Below, piece after piece: positions 19,200 through 30,068 of a stretch of 64,000 nucleotides of DNA. The translations under genes were made by a program, and so were the position numbers. Source of the stretch: Verrucomicrobiota bacterium (lineage in GTDB: Bacteria > Verrucomicrobiota > Verrucomicrobiia > Limisphaerales > AAA164-E04); NCBI GenBank assembly GCA_047947115.1, contig CP170459.1:2976001-3040000 (forward strand), read 5' to 3'. Below the pieces are notes generated by a model. The model did no database searches. It had not been told where the DNA came from and worked only from the letters and a program-made list of their open reading frames with translations. Every line of letters begins with the position of its first letter. Position 1 is the first letter of the stretch.

Positions 19200-21818
19200 A
19201 TGAGCAGGATCATTAAATTGAATAGAAATTTTCAGGTTTTGGTGAGGGGATTGATTCTGATCTCCTTTTCATGTTGGTGGTGTGGCCAGATGCGTGGTCA
19301 GACATCCTTTCCTCGCATCACGCAGATCAGTCCGACCTTTGGAGAGCCCGGAACCGTGGTGATGATCCAGGGTACGGGTTTTACCGGAGTAAGTTCCGTG
19401 CAATTCGGGGTGGGGGGGGCCTCCTTTGAGTCCATTTCCGCCACCCAGATCAGGACGGTGGTTCCTTCAGATGCCACTACCGGCGCGATCACGGTGTCCA
19501 CCAACCATGGGTTTGCCGTGAGTAACTTGTTTTTTCAAGTGGCTCCCAGGATCGAGAGTTTTGAGCCTGTGTTTGGTAAAGTGGGGGACACGATTCTTCT
19601 AAAAGGTGCCAATCTGTCCGGATTGAATTCTGTGCAAATCGGAACCTTCAATGCTGCGTTCTCCGCCGTGAGTGATGCACAATTGAGTTTTGTGATTCCC
19701 AGTGGTGCCACGACGGGCTTGATCCGGCTGGTTTCGCCGGCAGGCCGTACCGATTCGGAATCCATGTTGAAAGTGATCGGTCCGGAGCCCTTCATCACTT
19801 CCTTTGAACCGTCGGTGGCCGCTCCGGGGACATTGGTGGCGATCCGGGGTGTTCAATTTTCCAACGCGACCAAGGTGCTTTTCGCGTCTGATGTCGAAGG
19901 ATCTTTCAGTGTCGTGGCGGACACCCAGATTCTGGTGAGGGTGCCCGGGGGCGCCACCTCAGGTCCGGTGGCTGTGACCACTTCGCTCGGGCAGGGAATC
20001 AGCGAAATTGATTTGCTCGTGACCGGAACCGGGCCTTTTATTTCCTCCTTGGAGCCCGACCATGGTCAGGTAGGGGATACCATTGTTGTTTCGGGTGTCA
20101 ATTTGACGGAAGTCACGGAGGTGATCGTTCATGAAGAGGTGGCGTCATTCCAAGTGGTTGCAGACACACAGCTCAGTTTTGTGATTCCCGTTGGCGCTAC
20201 CTCGGGGGCGATTACCCTTCGATCTCCGGAAAGCGAGTTTGTGTTTGAACCGGGCGTGACGGTTGATGGTCCCGGCCCCGTATTGGAATCCTTTTCCCCC
20301 TCGTCCGGTTTGCCGGGGGATACCATCGAGTTACGTGGATCTCACTTTAGAAATGTTGAATCGGTTCGTTTCGGAGACAAGGAGGCGGCTTTCCTGGTGA
20401 CCGCGGAAACGCAAATGACCGCGTCAGTACCTGGAGGTGCGGAAACAGCCCCGATCACCATCGTCACCGCTTTTGGAGAAACGCTCAGCACTGTCGATTT
20501 TCAGGTCCGGCAGCCTGCTCCCGAATTGATAGGATTCGAACCGGGGTTCGGTCCGATCGGTACCCGGATCACCTTGCAGGGGACTTATCTGAATTCGGTG
20601 ACCAACGTAGTGGTCGGCGGTCAAAATGCGTCATTCGAAATAGTGGCGGATTCCCAGATCCTGACCCGTGTTCCCGACGGCGCCAAGACCGATGTTATCT
20701 CTTTGCAGTCCTTTTCCGGAACGACGGTTTCTGCTGATTTGTTTTACCTGCCAGCTTCCATTCAGTCGATCGTACCGGCCGCCGCTGTTCCGGCAACTGA
20801 GGTGAACATTCTTGGAACAAATTTCACCGGGACGACCCGGGTGCGGTTTGGTGGTGTCGAAGCCGAGATTGCTTCGGTGGAATTGGATTCATTGAAAGTG
20901 TTGGTACCCTCTGCCGCATTGATTGGTCCTGTGGCTGTGACGACACCCGCCGGTTCCATCTTGAGCTCTTCTGATTTTGGCGTGCTCCCGGAGGTCAGTG
21001 GAATTTCTCCGCTTGCAGGCCCGGTCGGCAGTTTGCTGCAAATTCAAGGCAGGGGGTTTGCGGAAGTAACCGATGTTTTGGTGGGGCTTGCCGGTAGCGA
21101 GTTTGAAATCATATCTTCCGAGATGATCGAATTGAAGGTGCCCTCCAATGCCACTTCCGGATGGATCACCGTTCGCAATCCCAGTGGACAGTTTGCTTCG
21201 TCCGAACAGTTTCAAATCCGGGAAGCCGCTGATTTGAGCCTGGAAGTTTCATTGAACAACCCCACTTCGAGTTGGCTCACGCCCGCACAATTCACCATCA
21301 AAGTCCACAATGCCGGACCCTCGCCCGCGCGTAATTTTTTCATGCGGCACCAAATGCCCGCGGGTGTGGTGCGTTTGAGTGGGGCCAATTCCGGCGGATC
21401 GACCGATGTATTCGGGGAAGTGGTTCTGGACGGGATTGTCAGTATTGAGGCCGGGGAGTCGGTGCTGATTCAGCATGTCGTTTCCACCCCTCACTATGGA
21501 TTTGAGACCCACTTGTTTGATTTGGATACCGAAATATTTGATCCCACCCCGAATGATCAGCAGGTTGTGTTTCAACGTCAGATCCTTGGGCCTCCTGTAA
21601 CATTGTCAGTTGTTCGAGGTGTTGATGGAGATCTTCAGTTGCAGTGGGCTTCCGCATTGAGAGGATACCTTCTGCATGCCAAACCAGCTTTGGACGTTTC
21701 CATCCCGTGGGGACCGATCGAGACATTACCGGATTCGGTGGGACCGTGGCGGCGGATTCCGATTGATCCCCATCAAACCGGAGCCATGGAGTTCTTCCGC
21801 CTGCAGGCTGCGGAATAG
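19200..21818 (+). CDS. Surface protein with about eight tandem IPT/TIG domains and a DUF11-like domain
   Basis: Repeated ~80-aa units P.I..F.P..G..G..V.I.G..F...VP.GA.TG.I.V; ADLSL...HNAGPS.A; C-terminal EFFRL. Confidence 0.88.
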   Translation: MSRIIKLNRNFQVLVRGLILISFSCWWCGQMRGQTSFPRITQISPTFGEPGTVVMIQGTGFTGVSSVQFGVGGASFESISATQIRTVVPSDATTGAITVSTNHGFAVSNLFFQVAPRIESFEPVFGKVGDTILLKGANLSGLNSVQIGTFNAAFSAVSDAQLSFVIPSGATTGLIRLVSPAGRTDSESMLKVIGPEPFITSFEPSVAAPGTLVAIRGVQFSNATKVLFASDVEGSFSVVADTQILVRVPGGATSGPVAVTTSLGQGISEIDLLVTGTGPFISSLEPDHGQVGDTIVVSGVNLTEVTEVIVHEEVASFQVVADTQLSFVIPVGATSGAITLRSPESEFVFEPGVTVDGPGPVLESFSPSSGLPGDTIELRGSHFRNVESVRFGDKEAAFLVTAETQMTASVPGGAETAPITIVTAFGETLSTVDFQVRQPAPELIGFEPGFGPIGTRITLQGTYLNSVTNVVVGGQNASFEIVADSQILTRVPDGAKTDVISLQSFSGTTVSADLFYLPASIQSIVPAAAVPATEVNILGTNFTGTTRVRFGGVEAEIASVELDSLKVLVPSAALIGPVAVTTPAGSILSSSDFGVLPEVSGISPLAGPVGSLLQIQGRGFAEVTDVLVGLAGSEFEIISSEMIELKVPSNATSGWITVRNPSGQFASSEQFQIREAADLSLEVSLNNPTSSWLTPAQFTIKVHNAGPSPARNFFMRHQMPAGVVRLSGANSGGSTDVFGEVVLDGIVSIEAGESVLIQHVVSTPHYGFETHLFDLDTEIFDPTPNDQQVVFQRQILGPPVTLSVVRGVDGDLQLQWASALRGYLLHAKPALDVSIPWGPIETLPDSVGPWRRIPIDPHQTGAMEFFRLQAAE

Positions 21819-21876
21819 GAGTCCGAACCGCAGTCAAGGCAGCCCTGCATGTCTCATGCCTGCCGTCCTGAACGCA

Positions 21877-22476
21877 TTAATTTAACTGTGGACGGGTATA
21901 GTCCTGGCTGAGCTCCGGCACGTGGCATTGTTGGCACTGACTGCGGTAAGGGTGCGGTGTGCGGATGGCGTGTTCTCCCTTGGGACCATGGCAGGATGAG
22001 CAGTTTTGACGCATAAACGTTTTGTGAGGCACTGTCGGCGGGGCGAAATCGTGTGCTCTGGATCCTTTGCCGGGAAAATCGAGTCCCACAAATGTGTTCT
22101 CCTTCCACGGGGTGATGTCGTCATCTCTTTTCACATGACATTGCATGCACTGGGAATATTCAGCATGGGGGGTGGGAGCGATGGCTTTGTGTTTGTAACG
22201 GACGCGGTTTTCCTTGGCATGACATCCCAGGCACCATTCCGATCCTTGTTCTGACTGGATCGTGTGCGGGACGGGGGGAGGGGCGCCAAAATAGGACCTT
22301 GTGCCGGTGATTCTGTCACCCACCACGGGTTCCCTTGGAACGAGGCCGAAGGCTCGATCACGTGAGGATGTTGGAACATTGGCCGGTGCTTTTCCTGAAT
22401 CGGCTGCCCAGGACAAACTCGCCATCACAACCGCCAAGCAAAGAAAAGTTGTTTTTTCCAAAAGGGAAAGGGTCAT
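21877..22476 (-). CDS. Periplasmic tetraheme cytochrome c (NapB-like duplicated unit)
   Basis: Four CxxCH motifs (CLGCH, CMQCH, CSSCH, CQQCH); APP.VPH repeated twice; signal peptide. Confidence 0.85.
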   Translation of the reverse strand: MTLSLLEKTTFLCLAVVMASLSWAADSGKAPANVPTSSRDRAFGLVPREPVVGDRITGTRSYFGAPPPVPHTIQSEQGSEWCLGCHAKENRVRYKHKAIAPTPHAEYSQCMQCHVKRDDDITPWKENTFVGLDFPGKGSRAHDFAPPTVPHKTFMRQNCSSCHGPKGEHAIRTPHPYRSQCQQCHVPELSQDYTRPQLN

Positions 22477-22543
22477 ATTTGATCTCGCCGGTGGTGCCTG
22501 GTTGACTTTTCGGAGTGATGATGATTGTTTGTGCCTGAAAGAC

Positions 22544-23620
22544 ATGTCAATTGATTCAAACCAATTCAATCGCCTGCCGCCCAATCAGGTGCTCACTCAA
22601 AAGTTCCCGGTGGTGGGGGAAAAGGTGTCCGATCCTGGAGAAATTGTTTTGAGCCACTGGCGGTTGGGCATTTGGAACGAGGGAACGTCTTTGGGATCGT
22701 TTTCGTTTGATGTCATCCGGGATTTGCCTTCGGAAGAATTGTTGACAGATATTCATTGCGTCACGGGGTGGTCTCGATTGAACGCGTCCTTTCAAGGACT
22801 GCGCCTGGCATCTCTTTTGGATCGACTTGAAATCAAAGTCCCCGAATCAGCCCGGTTTATTCGGTTCGAAGCGTATTCTTCACGGGGGCACGATACTTCG
22901 TTGCCGATTCTCACGGCTTTGGAGGACGCCTGGCTGGTGCACTCATTCGATGGCAAGCCAATAACACCGGAACACGGGTTTCCTTTACGACTGGTTGTCC
23001 CTTCGCGGTATTTCTACAAAAGCCTCAAGTGGCTGAAATCGATCCAGTTTCTGGAAGATGATCGATTGGGATTCTGGGAGCGGACGACGGGTTATCACAA
23101 TGAAGCGGACCCGTGGAAAGAGCAACGACTGGATGCCAGGCGTTTCAGCAATCGCGCGGAGTGTGAACAGTTCAAGCAGTTGTCAGATTTTAACGCTTAC
23201 CGATCCGTCGACGGAGATCCCAAAGTGATTGTTCAGGCCGATTTTTCAGGTTGGAACCCCTTGACTCGGGACTTGCATGGACTTCAGCTCAAGTCATGCG
23301 ATTTCAGCCATGCCCAGTTGCAGGGGGTGGATTTCCGCGGGGCTAATTTAACTTTTGGTAAATTCGATGGCGCGAATCTGGAAGGAGCGGATTTGACAGG
23401 CGCCGATCTCGAAGGATGTGATTTCAGCGGTGCCAATTTGCAGGGTGCCAGGCTACACGGATGTTTCCTGTCAGCCGCGCGGTTTTTCAGGGTGGATGCC
23501 AGAACCGGATTGAAAACCGGCCTGACCCACTGGGATGAAATGGAGATGACGTGCCCCGACGGACTCCTGGAAGGCCAGGAGTTCTATCTCAAGCAATTGG
23601 GTGTTTTAAAAACAGATTGA
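22544..23620 (+). CDS. Molybdopterin oxidoreductase (sulfite oxidase/MsrP fold) fused to pentapeptide repeats
   Basis: DIHCVTGWS, EHGFPLRLVVP..YFYKSLKW and GFWE..GYH; C-terminal A(D/N)LxG repeats. Confidence 0.85.
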   Translation: MSIDSNQFNRLPPNQVLTQKFPVVGEKVSDPGEIVLSHWRLGIWNEGTSLGSFSFDVIRDLPSEELLTDIHCVTGWSRLNASFQGLRLASLLDRLEIKVPESARFIRFEAYSSRGHDTSLPILTALEDAWLVHSFDGKPITPEHGFPLRLVVPSRYFYKSLKWLKSIQFLEDDRLGFWERTTGYHNEADPWKEQRLDARRFSNRAECEQFKQLSDFNAYRSVDGDPKVIVQADFSGWNPLTRDLHGLQLKSCDFSHAQLQGVDFRGANLTFGKFDGANLEGADLTGADLEGCDFSGANLQGARLHGCFLSAARFFRVDARTGLKTGLTHWDEMEMTCPDGLLEGQEFYLKQLGVLKTD

Positions 23621-23622
23621 GT

Positions 23623-25158
23623 TCAGGATTCAGACGCCTCGTTCGATGACGGCGCTTCCCCGGTATCCGATTTCGAACCATCATTTTCTTCGGAAGGAGG
23701 CTGAACTTTTAACTTGGGTTTCATCTGCGGAAACAGCAGCACGTCGCGGATGCTTTCCTGCCCCAATAACATCATGCATAGACGATCAATGCCCATGCCC
23801 ATCCCACCGGCCGGAGGCATTCCATGCTCCAGAGCCACCAGGAAATCTTCATCCAGCTTCTGCTGTTCTTCACCAGCCTGATGTTCGAGACGTTCCCGCT
23901 GTTGGACCGGATCGTTTTGCTCCGTGTAGGCCGGGGCTATTTCCTGACCGTTGATGCAGCATTCGAACACTTCTACCGTGGAGTCATCATCCGGCGACAG
24001 CTTTGCCAGGGGAACGAGTTCCTTGGGTAAGTGGGTTACGAATGTAGGCTGTATCAAATTGGGTTCGATGAATTTTTCGAAAATCGCATTGCTCACTTCG
24101 AAATCTTCATCTGTTTCATGTATTTCTGCCCCCAGTTCGATGGCCTTTTTCTTACGTTCTTCCGGAGTTAAATCAAACCAATCCTCGCCCGCCTTTTCAC
24201 GGATCAGATCCTTGTAGGGAACACGACGCCAGGGAGTGGTCAAGTCGATGGTGCGGGTGACCTCGCCATCCTTGTTTTTATGTTCGATGACCAATGTTCC
24301 CAGGACTTTCTGAGCCACATGCGTGATCATGCCCTGCACCAGCTCCATCATGGACTCGTAATCACCATAAGCCTGATAGGCCTCGAGCATGGTGAATTCC
24401 GGGTTGTGACGTCTGGAAATGCCTTCATTTCGGAAATTGCGGCCGATTTCGAACACCCGGTCCATGCCCCCGACCAGCAGGCGCTTCAAGTAAAGCTCCA
24501 AGGCGATGCGCATGTAGAACTGGCATCCCAACGCATTGTGGAACGTCACAAACGGCTGTGCCGCCGCACCTCCTGGAATGGCTTGCATCATGGGCGTTTC
24601 CACTTCCATATAGGCCTGATCATGCAGGTAATTCCGGATTTCACGTATGATTTGGCTGCGCTTGATGAAGACATCCTTGACCTCATCATTGGCCATCAAG
24701 TCGAGGTAACGCTGGCGATACCGGATTTCGGTATCCTCCAGACCATGCCATTTCTCGGGCGGAGGACGAAGAGCCTTGCACAGGACGACAAAGCTGTCGA
24801 TCTTGACCGAAATTTCCCCCATCTTTGTGGTGAACATACTGCCCTCCACACCGATGAAATCAGCCATGTCCATGGATTTGAGCAGTTGGAAAGCTTCGTC
24901 TCCGAGGTGCTGCTTCTGGGCATAAATCTGTATGCGCCCGCTCCCGTCCTTAATATCCAGGAATTGACTTTTACCCATGACACGTTGAGCCGAAATGCGG
25001 CCCGCGAGTTTGACGGTCCGGCCTTCGGCATATTGGGCCTTGGCTTCAGCGCAGGTTTCGTCGGGAGTAAATTTGTTGCGAAAGGGGTTCATGCCCTTGT
25101 CAATCAACTCGTTCAACTTCTGCCGGCGAAATTCGATCAGTGAATTCGTATCTTCCAT
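23623..25158 (-). CDS. lysS: Lysine--tRNA ligase (class II)
   Basis: RYRQRYLDL, GRNFRNEG, HNPEFTMLEAY and GMPPAGGMGMGIDRL. Confidence 0.97.
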   Translation of the reverse strand: MEDTNSLIEFRRQKLNELIDKGMNPFRNKFTPDETCAEAKAQYAEGRTVKLAGRISAQRVMGKSQFLDIKDGSGRIQIYAQKQHLGDEAFQLLKSMDMADFIGVEGSMFTTKMGEISVKIDSFVVLCKALRPPPEKWHGLEDTEIRYRQRYLDLMANDEVKDVFIKRSQIIREIRNYLHDQAYMEVETPMMQAIPGGAAAQPFVTFHNALGCQFYMRIALELYLKRLLVGGMDRVFEIGRNFRNEGISRRHNPEFTMLEAYQAYGDYESMMELVQGMITHVAQKVLGTLVIEHKNKDGEVTRTIDLTTPWRRVPYKDLIREKAGEDWFDLTPEERKKKAIELGAEIHETDEDFEVSNAIFEKFIEPNLIQPTFVTHLPKELVPLAKLSPDDDSTVEVFECCINGQEIAPAYTEQNDPVQQRERLEHQAGEEQQKLDEDFLVALEHGMPPAGGMGMGIDRLCMMLLGQESIRDVLLFPQMKPKLKVQPPSEENDGSKSDTGEAPSSNEASES

Positions 25159-25730
25159 GTTTCCAAAAGGGCAACTAAAGCACAAACAAACCCGGATGTC
25201 CAACCCTCCTTCGAACAGGAAAAAGTGGTGTCAGGTCAAAATGATAGGATTGATTCTCCGACGATTTCCCGCATTGACAGTGTTGCATGGTAATGCGTCA
25301 TCTATTGAACAGGTAACCGTTTATCTTTTGAAATGAGAATGATTCCGTGAAAAGGCAGCTTCAATGACGAGTTGCAAGTTACCAATGCTCAATGGAAGCT
25401 GAAGCCAGGCAAATCCTTGATCCAATGCCGGAACACGCACTTATTTGCCAATCCCCGCTTAAAAAAGGACCGAAAACTCAAAAAGTTGAATGGTGACTGC
25501 TCAATCTTGATGCTGGATAGTTTTTTGGATTGTCACTGGAAAAATTGGCATTGTTATGGGGGCTTGATTTCACGTGACTTGTCAGTAGTGAAGTTTCAAA
25601 GGAGCCAAGTCATGTTCTGGTGCAAAAAGCATTTTAATACGGGTCAGACAATTCACAAAATTGTAAAACAGATGAGGTGCTGCCGGTTCTTCGACGGGTA
25701 ATTTTTTAAGGCTTTGCCGCTTCATAGGAA

Positions 25731-26303
25731 TCAAGGTTTCAACGCCTTCCGAATAGCTTTTTTCAGCAAATCATCTTCTGGAGCCACTTCGGGATCAAAG
25801 CGGCCTATGACATTTCCGGATCGGTCCATCAGAAATTTCTCAAAATTCCATTTGATAGGTCCGCCGTAATCAGTATGGCTGGTCAGGTATTTATAAAATG
25901 GCGATTGTCTCTCGCCCTGCACATCGATTTTGCCCATCAAAGGAAAGGTTACCTGATAGTTAATCCGGCAGAATTCCAGGATTTCAGCATGAGTCCCTGG
26001 TTCTTCCTCTCCGAAATTGTTGCATGGAAAACCGATCACGATGAAGCCGTCATCCTTGTATTGGTTGTAAAGGCTTTCCAGGCCTTCGTATTGAGGGGTA
26101 AATCCACATTTGCTGGCCACGTTTACCGCAAGCACAACTTTACCTTTAAAGCTTTCGAAGTTTACGTCTTTTCCGTGAATATCCTTCATTTTGAAGGTGA
26201 GCACCTCGGGTTTCGCTGCTTTGTCGGCTGTGCTATTCAACTGGACTAAACTGGTAATGGCTGTAAGGAGAAACCATTTCTTCAAGATAGATACAATTTT
26301 CAT
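25731..26303 (-). CDS. Glutathione peroxidase-family protein (Cys type), exported
   Basis: NVASKCGFTPQY, GFPCNNFG and WNFEKFL. Confidence 0.93.
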   Translation of the reverse strand: MKIVSILKKWFLLTAITSLVQLNSTADKAAKPEVLTFKMKDIHGKDVNFESFKGKVVLAVNVASKCGFTPQYEGLESLYNQYKDDGFIVIGFPCNNFGEEEPGTHAEILEFCRINYQVTFPLMGKIDVQGERQSPFYKYLTSHTDYGGPIKWNFEKFLMDRSGNVIGRFDPEVAPEDDLLKKAIRKALKP

Positions 26304-26980
26304 AATTTCGAATGAAGCCCAATATTGCACTCGTTGTTCAAAAGTCTAGTCTTTGAGAGTTCAAGGATGAAGGGATTGCAGTGCTTCCTGTGCTTCAACG
26401 GCCTCGATTTCCTCCCACGTTGGAGCGCGCCACCCCCTCACTTTTGCCAAACAACTATTTTTCCATCATGTAGCATGAATCACCCTGCGGTCGTCGAATT
26501 AACCCAGAATGCCAAGTGTTCTCTGCTTGGGGCATAGTGCGAGCTTGTCAAAGAAGTTGTCACCGGAACCCGACTTGATCATAGCATCAGTCATGCTGTA
26601 AACCTCACCCGTTAATTGTTCCTGAGAACAGAAGCACCATCTAATATTCACTTCTGAAGGGCTAATCCGTGCGAAAATAGCCTGCACTTTAGTGGAATTG
26701 CTCTCAATAAGACGTCTTTGGTTCATTTTCAGCTTGGGATAAAGCTCTAATTTTCTGAGGAAACGGTAGTATTCATGGTTGATCGGGAGTGACCATTCGA
26801 GGAAAATGGGTCCTTTAGGGTAAGTGGTTATTGACATCGTGCCATAGGGAAATAGGTTGGCGGCTGTTGATTGCTGAGAGTATGATTCAAGAGGTCTGGC
26901 GATCCGAAATCTTCTTAAGCTAAGCTTATTCCGATTGTCAGGCTGTGTTTTTATTCAGATGTTTAAACAGATAAAGAGAT

Positions 26981-27970
26981 ATGGGGATCAGGGAATCATT
27001 AATTAGGTGGGTGGACTCCTATCAGGGAGGACTTTCCGATGAAGATTCCGACTCCAAAGTTAGAAAGCTGTCCAGAAATGATCTGGTCAGGTGCATCCCC
27101 TTCGTAGGTATCCACCTGGGTTCCTTGGCGGTCATCTGGGTAGGTGTTTCGCCGGTTGCAGTTGGGCTGGCAGCTCTGGCATACGCGGTGCGTATGTTTG
27201 CTGTCACAGGATTTTATCATCGCTACTTTTCTCATTGCGCGTTCAAGACCAGTCGTATTATTCAGTTCATTTTTGCTGCCGTTGGTGCCACAAGTGTTCA
27301 GCGTGGTGCTTTATGGTGGGCGGCACACCACCGCCATCACCATCGCCATTCGGATGAACCCGACGACATTCATTCCCCCGATCGGATGGGGTTCTGGTGG
27401 AGTCATGTTTTATGGCTAATGAGCGAACATCATTTCAGGACCCGGACAAAGCTTGTACGAGATTGGGCAAAGTTCCCGGAGTTGGTATTCCTGGATCGAT
27501 TTGATATCCTGATTCCTGTTGTGTTTGCGACCGCAACATTCGCACTGGGGGAATGCTTGGCTTTCGCAGCACCTCAGCTCGGCACTGATGGCTGGCAGAT
27601 GTTCGTATGGGTGTTTGTCATATCAACCGTTGTTCTTTATCACTGCACCTTCACGATCAATTCTCTGGCTCACAAATGGGGCAGCAAACGTTTTAAACGG
27701 AATGACGAAAGTCGCAACAATTGGTTGCTTGCAATTTTGACCTTGGGAGAGGGGTGGCATAACAACCATCACCACTACCCGCACTCTGCGAGACAGGGTT
27801 TTTATTGGTGGGAAATCGATATCACCTATTCTATCCTTTGGATCATGTCAAAACTGGGCATTGTTTGGGACTTAAAGCCCGTTCCGCAGAGAGTGTTAGA
27901 TCAAGGCCGCCAGGTGTCAGGCAAGGCTCCCGAAGCCAACAAGGCCCATCGGAAAGAGTTCAACAGATGA
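26981..27970 (+). CDS. Acyl-CoA (delta-9 type) desaturase
   Basis: His boxes HRYFSH, HRHHH and GEGWHNNHH. Confidence 0.92.
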   Translation: MGIRESLIRWVDSYQGGLSDEDSDSKVRKLSRNDLVRCIPFVGIHLGSLAVIWVGVSPVAVGLAALAYAVRMFAVTGFYHRYFSHCAFKTSRIIQFIFAAVGATSVQRGALWWAAHHRHHHRHSDEPDDIHSPDRMGFWWSHVLWLMSEHHFRTRTKLVRDWAKFPELVFLDRFDILIPVVFATATFALGECLAFAAPQLGTDGWQMFVWVFVISTVVLYHCTFTINSLAHKWGSKRFKRNDESRNNWLLAILTLGEGWHNNHHHYPHSARQGFYWWEIDITYSILWIMSKLGIVWDLKPVPQRVLDQGRQVSGKAPEANKAHRKEFNR

Positions 27971-29211
27971 AGACAGCCATTGTTGGCACGGGAATTTCCG
28001 GTATGGTATGCGGTCACCTTTTGGCTGACCACCATGAACTGACTGTTTTCGAATCCGCCGGGTACATTGGTGGTCATACGAACACCATTAATTTGAACAT
28101 GGGGGCCAAGCACTATTCGATTGACACAGGTTTTATCGTCTTCAACAAAAAGACATATCCACATTTCCTCAGTCTGATGGATGGCCTTGGAGTCAAATAC
28201 CAGGAAACCTCAATGAGCTTCAGCGTAAAATGTGAGGTCACCGGACTAGAATACAATGGGACAAATCTCAACTCATTGTTTGCTCAACGACTCAATCTGT
28301 TCAGGCCCGGTTTTCTGAAGATGATCAGAGGAATCCTTGCATTTAACAAAGCTGCAAAGGCTTTCCTGCAAGAACAGCGTCATGAGACCACTCTGGGGCA
28401 GTTCATTCGAGAAGCAAAGGTGCCAGATGCTGTTGTCCAATACTACCTCATTCCCATGGCAGCTTCTGTATGGTCTGCCGATCCAAGACAGATGTGGGAC
28501 TTTCCTGCAAATTTCTTACTGCGCTTTTGGGCCAATCATGGCTTTCTTGAAATCGACACACGACCTCAATGGTATGTTATCAGCGGTGGCTCCAGTGCCT
28601 ATATTCCCAAACTTACGGAAAAGTATCGTCATGCCATACACCTCAACACACCCGTGAAATCAGTCAGGCGCAGTGGTTGCAAAGTCTTCGTCACAGCCGG
28701 ATCGCGACCGGAAGAGGAGTTTGACCACGTGATCTTTGCTTGTCACAGCGATCAGGCTTTGAAAATCATTCAGGATCCATCCGAAAAGGAGCAAAGACTG
28801 CTTGCCTCGATTCCATATCTCAAGAACCGAGCCATCTTACACACGGACCCCACGGTCCTGCCCAAAAAGAAACTTGCTTGGGCGGCATGGAACTATCACC
28901 TCGCCAGTCAAGATGCATCGACTGCAAGTCTCACCTATAACATGAATATTCTGCAATCCATTCCGGAAGACCATATATTCAATGTGACACTCAACCCAAG
29001 AATCCCTATTGCACCCGAGCGGATCTTGCGCAGGTTGGACTATCATCATCCAGTATTCACCATCGAAGGAATCGATCAGCAAAAGGCATATGATAAATTC
29101 TTAGGTCAAAACAACACTTCTTTTTGTGGTGCATACCTGAGAAACGGATTCCACGAAGATGGCGTTGTGTCGGCAATCAAAGTGTGCAAAAACCTGGGAG
29201 TAGCGGCATGA
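27967..29211 (+). CDS. FAD-dependent oxidoreductase (COG2907, UfaD-like)
   Basis: GTGISG, GGHTNT, DTGFIVFN..TYP and GFHEDG; ATGA overlap with the desaturase. Confidence 0.88.
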   Translation: MKTAIVGTGISGMVCGHLLADHHELTVFESAGYIGGHTNTINLNMGAKHYSIDTGFIVFNKKTYPHFLSLMDGLGVKYQETSMSFSVKCEVTGLEYNGTNLNSLFAQRLNLFRPGFLKMIRGILAFNKAAKAFLQEQRHETTLGQFIREAKVPDAVVQYYLIPMAASVWSADPRQMWDFPANFLLRFWANHGFLEIDTRPQWYVISGGSSAYIPKLTEKYRHAIHLNTPVKSVRRSGCKVFVTAGSRPEEEFDHVIFACHSDQALKIIQDPSEKEQRLLASIPYLKNRAILHTDPTVLPKKKLAWAAWNYHLASQDASTASLTYNMNILQSIPEDHIFNVTLNPRIPIAPERILRRLDYHHPVFTIEGIDQQKAYDKFLGQNNTSFCGAYLRNGFHEDGVVSAIKVCKNLGVAA

Positions 29212-30068
29212 GCAATTACCAGAGTGCTATCTACACGGGCACCATCCTTCACAGCAGGAATTATCCTGATTCGAATCAATTTTGCTATAATCTGTTCATG
29301 CTTTATTTGGATATCGATGAGCTTCCCAACCTGTTTCAAAGCTTTCGTTTCTGGTCTTACAACAAACCAAATCTTGGCTCGTTCCGCCGGTCCGACTACA
29401 TTGGCCCGACATCCTGTTCCATTCGAGAGGCGTTGCAAAAAACGGTATTTGAAAAGACGGGTACAAAGATTGACGGTCCGATTCGAATGCTGACCCATCT
29501 GCGTTATTTTGGATATGTTTTCAACCCGGTGACTTTCTATTATTGCTTTGATGATGCCGAACATTTGGTGGCTGTTGTCTCAGAAATCGAAAACACACCT
29601 TGGGGTGAACGGCACACCTATGTGACCATCAATGAGCGACACACTATGAATGCACCCATGACCAGGACCTTTGACAAAGAATTCCATGTATCTCCTTTTT
29701 TGCCTATTGATATGAAATATATCTGGTCCTTTAGTGTTCCAGGCATTCAAGAACGGAGCGACCTGCAGATACACATGCAGGCCATGAAAAAGAATGCTGA
29801 AACCTTTAACGCACACTTGAACATGAAGCGTCAAGAGATCAACAGCAGATCATTGAATTGGATGCTGTTCAGATTTCCATTCATGACCCTTCAGGTGATC
29901 GCAGGCATCTATTGGCAGGCATTGAAGCTTTATTTGAAAAAAGCAACTTTTTACAGTCATCCAGATCCCGCCAGTCAGAGAACCCTTTTTGGAGCCAACA
30001 AAGCTTCATCAAAATACCCACTCGAGAAAGAGGCAGAGCATGTCACATCAAATCCGGACGCTGACTAA
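29208..30068 (+). CDS. DUF1365 protein (UfaO-like)
   Basis: GYVFNPVTFYYC, NTPWGERH, KEFHVSPF and IYWQALKL. Confidence 0.9.
   Translation: MSNYQSAIYTGTILHSRNYPDSNQFCYNLFMLYLDIDELPNLFQSFRFWSYNKPNLGSFRRSDYIGPTSCSIREALQKTVFEKTGTKIDGPIRMLTHLRYFGYVFNPVTFYYCFDDAEHLVAVVSEIENTPWGERHTYVTINERHTMNAPMTRTFDKEFHVSPFLPIDMKYIWSFSVPGIQERSDLQIHMQAMKKNAETFNAHLNMKRQEINSRSLNWMLFRFPFMTLQVIAGIYWQALKLYLKKATFYSHPDPASQRTLFGANKASSKYPLEKEAEHVTSNPDAD

Noticed and set aside
21877..22476. napB of a nitrate reductase operon
   Set aside because: Four hemes rather than two, and no napA, napC or napD nearby.
24280..25143. Long antisense ORFs (also 35655-36473, 44976-45647 and 61480-62421)
   Set aside because: They shadow well-supported genes on the opposite strand and carry no motifs of their own.
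25731..26303. Selenocysteine glutathione peroxidase
   Set aside because: The active-site codon is TGT (Cys) and there is no in-frame TGA.
25372..26837. ORFs 25372-25701, 26325-26537 and 26499-26837
   Set aside because: No recognisable motifs or ribosome-binding sites; probably chance ORFs in intergenic DNA.
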